The notes beneath the pieces are model-generated. The model searched no databases. It was not told the origin of the DNA and was given only the letters and a program-made list of their open reading frames with translations. The position numbers and the translations under genes are program-made. From Nitrososphaeria archaeon (GTDB lineage: Archaea; Thermoproteota; Nitrososphaeria; JACIWG01), in contig JBEKIG010000004.1 of assembly GCA_050011875.1 (NCBI GenBank), forward strand, positions 160,001-224,000: a stretch of DNA of 64,000 bases. The letters run 5' to 3'. This document shows positions 57,333 to 64,000 of this stretch, one piece after another (positions within the stretch are counted from its first letter, which is position 1; every line of letters begins with the position of its first letter).

Positions 57333-59197
57333 TAAAAATGAATGGATATGCTGGAAAGTTTGCAGAAATAAATCTTGACGATGGAAAGATTAAGGAAATT
57401 AAATTTGATGAGAAAACTCTAAGAAAATATATTGGCGGTAGAGGTTTGTCTGCTAAAGTCTTATGGGATAGGCTAGGGGATAGATGGGAAGAGATTGACC
57501 CATTGGGTCCAGATAATATTTTAACACTCTTTTCTGGTCCACTCACAGGATACTACCCCGGCGGCCGCCTTTGTGTTTCAGGGAAGTCCCCACAGAGCAA
57601 TGGCATTACCGGAAGCACTGTTGCAGGTGAATTTGCAGTCGATCTCAGATGCGCTGGATGGGACGGCCTAATCATATTAGGCGCTGCAGAAAAACCCTCC
57701 TACATTTTGGTGAGAGATTCCTCAATTGAAATAAGGAACGCCAGTCATGTCTGGGGAAAGGACGGAAAAAAGGTTTCACTGACCCTGTCAAAGGAGGTTA
57801 GAGAAGAATGGAACAGGAAGTACCCTAGTCGAGAATGGAAAGAGCCTTCGATGGTGTACGTGGGACCAGCTGGACAGAACAAGACCAGAGTTGCTGCAGT
57901 GGAGTCAAAGTGGGCTCATGGAGCGGGATATGGCGGATACGGCGGTGTAATGGGGTCTAAGAATCTTGTCGCTGTTCTGGCAAGAGGAACCGGACCTTTG
58001 CCTGACGTCTACGATCAACCAAAGGTCTTGGAGCTTCTCGACCAAGTGGCTAAAGAATGCATAAACAACGATAGCATGAGAAGGTGGGGTACAGGTAGTG
58101 CTGGATTTTCTGTTGGAAGCACAACGAGTTCTGAGCCTGTAAGGAACTGGCAGGAGGAGTGGCATGACGAAAGATCATACGGCGTTGACCAGTTTGAAAG
58201 TAGGGTTTGGGTAAAAAGGTACTGGGCTGACTTCGGATGTCCGACATCCTGCGAAAAACTTTCAGTGGTCAGGACGGGAGAGTTCAAGGGGGCTATAACC
58301 GATAACCCAGACTATGAGACGCAAGCCTACTGCGGACCAAACGTAGGCGTCTTTGTCCCAGAGGCGAGCGTCTACTTGAATTCGTGCCTGGAAGACCTTG
58401 GGTTCTGTGGAATACAGGGTGGTAACGTGCTAGGTTTCACAGGCGAACTCTACCAACGCGGTATACTTACAAAGGAGGAGTTGGGCGGTGTAGAACTTAA
58501 ATGGGGTGACACCAAAGCGTTTGCAAAGATTGCAGAAATGATCGCCTACCGTAAAGGCGTAGGCAATATACTTGCTGAAGGCACATATCGGGCAGCCATA
58601 AAATTAGGAAAGATGAAGGGGCAAGACCTGCTTAAATATGCTATCCAATGTAAGGGTATTTCCCTAGGTGCCCACGGCATCAGAAGCGGCCTCGATTACG
58701 TCCCCGTAATGGGGTATACGTGTGGCGCCCAGGGAGGAGATCACACCTCTGTGGCTTATCTTCCAGTAACCCATTCCGGCAGTGAGCACAGCACAATCCT
58801 GCAAGACTCTGGCGTGTACTGCATGTTCAACGCGGGACCTATGACGCCACAGTTCCAGATAGATTTCCTGAACGCTGTCACGGGATTCAACATCACAGCC
58901 GATGAGTGGTATAACGATATCGCTTTATCAATTATACAGATCCAGAGAGCTGCGCTGCTGATCGGAGGGCCGGACGCTAAATGGGCTGGAATAGACGAAA
59001 ACCCGCCAAGGTTCTATGAACCGCTGCCGTCAGGTCCACACAAAGGAAAAGTCACCGACATCAAAGAGGTGGAAGAAATGAAGCTTGAGTACTACAAGGT
59101 GGTTGGCTGGAATGAAAAGGGAGTTCCCACATCTGAAACTTTGAAAAAGCTGGGACTGGAGGATGTGGACAGAATCTTGTCGAAGAAGCTAAAATAG
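57329..59197 (+). CDS. aor: Tungsten-dependent aldehyde:ferredoxin oxidoreductase family
   Basis: GYAGK, YIGGRGL, KSPQS, GGVMGSKNL, PDYET, QGGDH, YYKVVGW. Confidence 0.93.
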   Translation: MIKMNGYAGKFAEINLDDGKIKEIKFDEKTLRKYIGGRGLSAKVLWDRLGDRWEEIDPLGPDNILTLFSGPLTGYYPGGRLCVSGKSPQSNGITGSTVAGEFAVDLRCAGWDGLIILGAAEKPSYILVRDSSIEIRNASHVWGKDGKKVSLTLSKEVREEWNRKYPSREWKEPSMVYVGPAGQNKTRVAAVESKWAHGAGYGGYGGVMGSKNLVAVLARGTGPLPDVYDQPKVLELLDQVAKECINNDSMRRWGTGSAGFSVGSTTSSEPVRNWQEEWHDERSYGVDQFESRVWVKRYWADFGCPTSCEKLSVVRTGEFKGAITDNPDYETQAYCGPNVGVFVPEASVYLNSCLEDLGFCGIQGGNVLGFTGELYQRGILTKEELGGVELKWGDTKAFAKIAEMIAYRKGVGNILAEGTYRAAIKLGKMKGQDLLKYAIQCKGISLGAHGIRSGLDYVPVMGYTCGAQGGDHTSVAYLPVTHSGSEHSTILQDSGVYCMFNAGPMTPQFQIDFLNAVTGFNITADEWYNDIALSIIQIQRAALLIGGPDAKWAGIDENPPRFYEPLPSGPHKGKVTDIKEVEEMKLEYYKVVGWNEKGVPTSETLKKLGLEDVDRILSKKLK

Positions 59198-59349
59198 ACC
59201 TCTAACCGAGCCCCTTTTTTACAATTATTGTTACTCTCTTATACAGCTTAGTGATTTTCTTCATAGCCCAAATCATCCCTTTCAGAAATATACCCGAAAA
59301 AGTTCGGGAAATACTTAATTATGACAAGCTCAAATTAATTACGATTAAT

Positions 59350-59541
59350 ATGGTAGAAGAAGTATGTCCAAACTGCAAGGAGAAAATTTCAGTTCATGAC
59401 GACACTGTAGTAAAGAAGATAGGTGGCAAAACAATGAAGTTCTGCTCCCTGGCCTGCGCTGATGCCTATAAGGAAGTTGGCAAGAAACGTGAAGAATTAG
59501 CAAAAGAAAAAAAAGGCACATTGTTTGGTCCAGCCGTATAG
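59350..59541 (+). CDS. TRASH/YHS-type metal-binding small protein
   Basis: CPNC...FCSLAC; ATG at 59350 preferred to the ORF-track start at 59251. Confidence 0.75.
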   Translation: MVEEVCPNCKEKISVHDDTVVKKIGGKTMKFCSLACADAYKEVGKKREELAKEKKGTLFGPAV

Positions 59542-59609
59542 AAATTGGGGATGAAAAAGTCCCGAACTTGAAATTTGAACCTTACTCCTTTTTTTGATAA
59601 AGCTTAAAG

Positions 59610-59930
59610 TTACGTTATCACTACCGTTTTGGGATACTCTTTACCAGAGTAGGTGTATAACACCATGTTTGTTATACCCGCAGGTAGCGAGGAACTGAAG
59701 TTTAGAATAATAGTTTCTGATCCTCTTTCCTTGAGATAAATTGGTGTCCTTGGGTTCGATCTTCCTCCGTTTACCGCATTCAAAGGCTTACCTTCAATTA
59801 ATATTTTGGTGATGATGGCCTCTATGGTCCCTATATTTTTGACGTTTATTAGTATCTCTGACCTGCTATTTGAAATCGCCCATATGTCGAGGTATTCGAA
59901 ACCCCTCTTGGCCTGGGAGCTCATAGTCAT
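59610..59930 (-). CDS. Pilin/archaellin-like Ig-fold domain lacking an N-terminal signal
   Basis: FEYLDI...INVKNIGTIEAIITKILIEGKP...LYTYSGKEYP resembles TACK pilin-like C-terminal domains. Confidence 0.55.
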   Translation of the reverse strand: MTMSSQAKRGFEYLDIWAISNSRSEILINVKNIGTIEAIITKILIEGKPLNAVNGGRSNPRTPIYLKERGSETIILNFSSSLPAGITNMVLYTYSGKEYPKTVVIT

Positions 59931-60034
59931 CTCTGGAAATATGACTGCAACATGCTATTTAAAATTAATTCTAAGACAAGTTTTAATATATAGAGTCATT
60001 AAAAATCTATATATCTTCAATAACACCATTACAA

Positions 60035-60739
60035 ATGAGGGGAGAATTTGTGAATAAGCTGACTCGTGATGAAATCGCAAAAATGGTTGATTACGCCTCC
60101 GCTCTAAACGCTAATGCTACAAAAGACGACGTTATCAGAAGCTGTGATGATGCTATTGAAAATAAATTTAACGCTGTCGCAGTGACCCCTGATTACGTTG
60201 CCCTCGCATCAAAACGACTTAAAGGCAGCGGAGTTAAAGTTCTAGCTGCTGTCGGCTTTCCTTGGGGTTCAAATGCGACTGGAACAAAGGTTGCAGAAAC
60301 GAAACGTGCGATAGAGGATGGCGCTAAGGAAATCGACATGGTCATTAACATAGGTTGGCTAAAGTCTGGAGACTACAAGTCCGTAGAAGACGACATCAGA
60401 GCAGTAGTCAAAGCCTCAAAGGAAGGAGGAGAAGATATTATTGTAAAGGTGATCATAGAAATTGGCTACTTGACTGATGATGAAAAAATAAAGGCAAGTA
60501 GACTTATAAGAGATGCTGGAGCGGATTTTGTCAAGACATGTACGGGAGTAGGTCCCGGCGCGGCAACAATACACGATGTAGCCTTGATTTATAACGCAGT
60601 CGGAAAGGAAATAGGGGTTAAAGCGTCGGGTTCCGTAAATTACCTAGAAGATTTGCTACAACTGCATGAAGCCGGTGCAACTAGGTTCGGGTCTAGATCG
60701 TTGGCTTTGATAAACGCGTTGAAAAAGTTAGAGAAATAG
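60035..60739 (+). CDS. deoC: Deoxyribose-phosphate aldolase
   Basis: VGFPWG, GAKEIDMVINIG, VKVIIE, GADFVKTCTG, VKASG. Confidence 0.93.
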   Translation: MRGEFVNKLTRDEIAKMVDYASALNANATKDDVIRSCDDAIENKFNAVAVTPDYVALASKRLKGSGVKVLAAVGFPWGSNATGTKVAETKRAIEDGAKEIDMVINIGWLKSGDYKSVEDDIRAVVKASKEGGEDIIVKVIIEIGYLTDDEKIKASRLIRDAGADFVKTCTGVGPGAATIHDVALIYNAVGKEIGVKASGSVNYLEDLLQLHEAGATRFGSRSLALINALKKLEK

Positions 60740-61094
60740 TCATGCGAAAATTAAAGAGTAAAGATTAACATATATTAAAAGAAAGTGCGGAATAGGCGTT
60801 AAATTTTACCGCAGTAAATCAACAGTGAAGAGTAACTAACAGTTTACAATGTAGAAGTCCATTTATTAATTAATCCTTGTGAATTAGAATAATAATTTTC
60901 TCACTATTCTGTACAGCATATTTACTAGAGGCTTAGCTTCGTTCTGGTAATGAAAATATTCAGGTTATTTTGGATTTAATGCTTAAAACCTTTTTCTGCA
61001 GAAATGGGTTATTTCCATTTCCGTAAAGCACCCCCTTGTTTGGAACCAGTTGTCCTTTTAAACAGTTAAATAGAAACTTCCCTTAACTGAATAT

Positions 61095-62156
61095 ATGCTT
61101 GGATTGGCGCATTATCCGGAAGGCGAATTAAGGCTTTTAAATACGGAGGAACCTAAAATCGGAAAGAACCCTTACGCACCAAACGACACGATTTTGGAGG
61201 TAAAATACTGTGGAGTCTGCGGCACAGATGTGAAATTCTGGAAGGGGAAAGGTAAGATAATGGGGCCGGAGAAGCCTGTTGTGACAGGCCACGAAATATC
61301 AGCTGTCATAAAAGACGTTGGCGAAAATGTCGAAGATTTCAAGAAAGGGGACAGAGTCGTCGCTGAAATAGTCACATTCTTTTGTGGCCGATGCGTAAAC
61401 TGTAAACAAGGAAAAGTCAACATCTGTTGCAACATGCCCCACAGAGAACAGAGAGTCTACTTTACAACTGGGGGAGGATTTGCCAGATATGCTGCTTGGC
61501 CCTCTTACTGCTTGCATAGGTTACCCGATGAAATATCTCTTGAAGAAGCGTCCCTGATTGAGACGACCGCGGGCAGCGTTCACGCTATAATTGAAAGAGC
61601 TAACCTCACGGCAGGCGAATCCATAATAATCTTTGGCCCAGGTGCAAGGGGGCTTGTAATGCTGCAGATCGCAAAATCACTCGGTGCATACCCGATAATT
61701 GTGGCCGGTACGAGCACCGATGAAGTAAAAAGGCTCAAGATGGCTAAAGAGCTTGGAGCAGACGAGGTTCTGAACGTCGAGAAGGAGGATGTAAAAAAGG
61801 CCGTGAAATCTTACACGAAAAACTGGGGCGCGGACGTAGTTATTGAGTGCGCAGGAAGCGCAGAAGCGGTTCTGCAGGGTATCAGGTCGGTTAGACCAGG
61901 GGGTAGGATGATATTGTCAGGTGGTGGAACTGTTACGTTGGATACTGGGGACCTGATCGAAAAAGAAGTGTCATTAATTGGAGAAGTTTCGCACATATGG
62001 ACTTCTTGGGAGACAGCCATCACACTTGTCAAAAGTGGTAAAGTAAAGCTTAAGCCTCTGATCTCACATATTTTTCCTCTGGCCAGCTGGGAGGAAGCGT
62101 TCCGCACAGCCGCAGACAACAAAATATCTCTGAAAGTCCTCATCAAACCAGAATAG
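61095..62156 (+). CDS. Zn-dependent (MDR) alcohol/sorbitol/threonine dehydrogenase family
   Basis: GVCGTD, GHE, CGRCVNC..C, GPGARG. Confidence 0.93.
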   Translation: MLGLAHYPEGELRLLNTEEPKIGKNPYAPNDTILEVKYCGVCGTDVKFWKGKGKIMGPEKPVVTGHEISAVIKDVGENVEDFKKGDRVVAEIVTFFCGRCVNCKQGKVNICCNMPHREQRVYFTTGGGFARYAAWPSYCLHRLPDEISLEEASLIETTAGSVHAIIERANLTAGESIIIFGPGARGLVMLQIAKSLGAYPIIVAGTSTDEVKRLKMAKELGADEVLNVEKEDVKKAVKSYTKNWGADVVIECAGSAEAVLQGIRSVRPGGRMILSGGGTVTLDTGDLIEKEVSLIGEVSHIWTSWETAITLVKSGKVKLKPLISHIFPLASWEEAFRTAADNKISLKVLIKPE

Positions 62157-62530
62157 CTTAACAAAATTAAGAAAAATTCGATCTGTTTCAATAAAGGGAT
62201 ACTGCAGCAGTATAGATCATCGTACTGTAGAGACTGATTTAGGTTGAAGCCTTAATCCCCGACGTATCAGTTAGAGCCTTGAAATATATTAAAAGAGAGG
62301 AGGGAATATTGTCACATACCATTCATTATGCTATAGCAAAGGCACTGATTAAAGAGACCGCCAAATGAATAGCTAATGTTTTGTGAATAAAGCAGATCAC
62401 GAAAATTATTTTTTCTCTAATGATAAGATAAGAAGCAAATGGTCAAAGACAAAGTTAGGTAAATAAGAAGAAAATTCTGAAGATTAGGATAGCTTTTTAT
62501 AATTCTGCAGGGAATGAATATTGAGACCGA

Positions 62531-62665
62531 ATGCCTAGGTGTGACGTGTGCGGCAAAATCGTAAAGGATGTAGCTAAGCACAAGAGAAGAAAGAGATGTG
62601 GCGCAAAGACGTCCCCTCCCCCAACGTTAGACAATCTAAGAAACAGGATAGCACACGGTTGGTGA
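62531..62665 (+). CDS. 44-aa zinc-finger micro-protein (below ORF-track cutoff)
   Basis: MPRCDVCGKIVKDVAKHKRRKRCGAKTSPPPTLDNLRNRIAHGW; TTTTATAA upstream. Confidence 0.6.
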   Translation: MPRCDVCGKIVKDVAKHKRRKRCGAKTSPPPTLDNLRNRIAHGW

Positions 62666-62800
62666 CATAAATGTCTGCGACTTTCGTAAAAAGGTCAGAG
62701 TATTAAGACTCATCACGCACCTGTTGTTGGACACGTATTTTGGATCAAATTCCCTGACATTTATTGATTATAGGAGTTATGATGTTTGTCTGGTGGGGAC

Positions 62801-64000
62801 TTAGTCTTTCGGAAGTTTGTAATGTTCAGTGATTATGTGATGGTATTCTTCTGGTTCGACAAGTGACCCGAACGCCCTCTGTACAACTTCGCTTAATGAG
62901 GGATGTATGTGCATTCCCTGTGTAATCGGGTTAACACTCTGCGATGGCGTATACATCAGGTTTATGATTTCCTGTATAAGGATAGAGGCGGAGGGTCCAA
63001 TAACATGCGCGCCCAAGATCTTCCTTTCTTTCTTCTCAACGATTACTTTCACGAAGTAGTCCTTTACGTTCATTGCCAGCCCCTTGGCCGTGTCTTCGTA
63101 TCTTTCTACACCTATCACTATGTCGTCTGAACCGTATCTTTCAAGTGCTTCCTTCTCCTTTAACCCCACACTAGCAACTTCCGGGTAGGCGAATATAGCG
63201 TGTGGGACGGCGTGATAGTCCACTTCCATCTTTTTCCCAAGTACCGCGTTGTAGTATACGACAAGAGCTTCATAGTTTGCGACATGCTTGAACATGTATT
63301 TGCCATCTGCGTCGCCGAGCGCCCAAACGTTGGGCTGTGAAGTTTGAAGGTATTTGTCAACGATAATCCATCCTTCTTTGTCCGTCTTTATCCCACCTCT
63401 TTCGGGGTGCAGGATGTCGCTGTTGGAGCTTCTTCCTGAAGCAACTAAAATTTCATCCACTTCTATCACTACTTCTTCTCCGTCTACCCTGTTTACAGCG
63501 GTGACCTTCTTTTTATTCGCTGAAGCATTTTCTACCCTGCGTACTTCAAGACCTGTCATCACAATCATGTGCTTCTGGAACTCACGTTTAGCTAACGCAG
63601 ATATTTCAGGTTCTTCCTCAGGGATAAACTTGGGATTTCTGCCTATAATCGTGACCTCCGAACCCATGGCTGATAGGAAGTGCCCATATTCCGCGGCGAT
63701 GTACCCTCCCCCGATAATAGCTGTGCTTTTCGGGAGCACATCCATTTTTAAAAACGTGTCACTTGTATAATATTTGACGCTGTCAAGGCCGTCTATTTTT
63801 GGTATAGTAGGTTTTGAGCCCGCGCCGAGAAAGATGAGACCAGAATGTATAGCGTCATCTCCTACCTTTAACATATATGGAGAGATAAACTCTGCAACTG
63901 TTGGATAGTAATCGATGTTATTCATATGGGTGAGTCCCATCCGAATCGATTCAATATCTTCGTAGATTAGCTTTCTCATCCTATCCATAACGGCCTTGAA
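62801..64000 (-). CDS. Pyridine nucleotide-disulfide oxidoreductase (dihydrolipoamide dehydrogenase/mycothione reductase-like), 5' end off window
   Basis: IIGGGYIAAE, ALGD, PEVASVG, HIHPSLSE. Confidence 0.92.
   Translation of the reverse strand, partial: FKAVMDRMRKLIYEDIESIRMGLTHMNNIDYYPTVAEFISPYMLKVGDDAIHSGLIFLGAGSKPTIPKIDGLDSVKYYTSDTFLKMDVLPKSTAIIGGGYIAAEYGHFLSAMGSEVTIIGRNPKFIPEEEPEISALAKREFQKHMIVMTGLEVRRVENASANKKKVTAVNRVDGEEVVIEVDEILVASGRSSNSDILHPERGGIKTDKEGWIIVDKYLQTSQPNVWALGDADGKYMFKHVANYEALVVYYNAVLGKKMEVDYHAVPHAIFAYPEVASVGLKEKEALERYGSDDIVIGVERYEDTAKGLAMNVKDYFVKVIVEKKERKILGAHVIGPSASILIQEIINLMYTPSQSVNPITQGMHIHPSLSEVVQRAFGSLVEPEEYHHIITEHYKLPKD

Noticed and set aside
61000-61050. ORB-like CCCCCTTGTTTGGAAC and nearby hairpin as replication origin
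   Set aside because: Single copy, lacks the TTCCA-N-TGGAA core, and no cdc6/orc1 in the window

Overview
Archaeal chromosomal DNA from a TACK/Thermoproteota lineage. The ribosomal proteins look Nitrososphaeria- or Bathyarchaeia-like; this placement is an inference. 1-14.2 kb (- strand) is the ribosomal super-operon: SPOUT methylase, L3, L4, L23, L2, S19, then L22, S3, L29, Rpp29, S17, L14, L24, S4e, L5, S14, S8, L6, L32e, L19e, L18, S5, L30, L15 and secY. It has three oddities: an Hsp20 gene between L30 and L15, a 15-bp tandem repeat at the S5 start, and a ~420-bp structured gap between S19 and L22. 14-35 kb is mixed housekeeping and accessory genes, including a P-type ATPase, RtcB, a standalone LigD phosphoesterase, an M1 aminopeptidase, an AhpF-like reductase, a YqjD/YqjE-like pair, a PRTase-SDR fused ORF and a decayed tRNA. 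35-43.4 kb is a MoxR-DUF58-transglutaminase membrane operon. 43.4-47 kb is an AT-rich, gene-poor island. It holds two 170-bp non-coding palindromic repeats with ~24-bp-phased GCTCAA/TTGAGC sites, tandem palindromes, a truncated divergent TBP and a tRNA-T-arm-like fragment, and is the best candidate for an undescribed element. 47-64 kb carries XPB-Bax1, a transporter and hydrolase, CDGSH protein, a thioredoxin pseudogene, AOR, DeoC, a Zn-dehydrogenase and a partial disulfide reductase. Two genes appear to start at ACG. No CRISPR array, rRNA, intact tRNA or intact transposase/integrase was seen. All calls come from motif recognition by eye; no searches were run.
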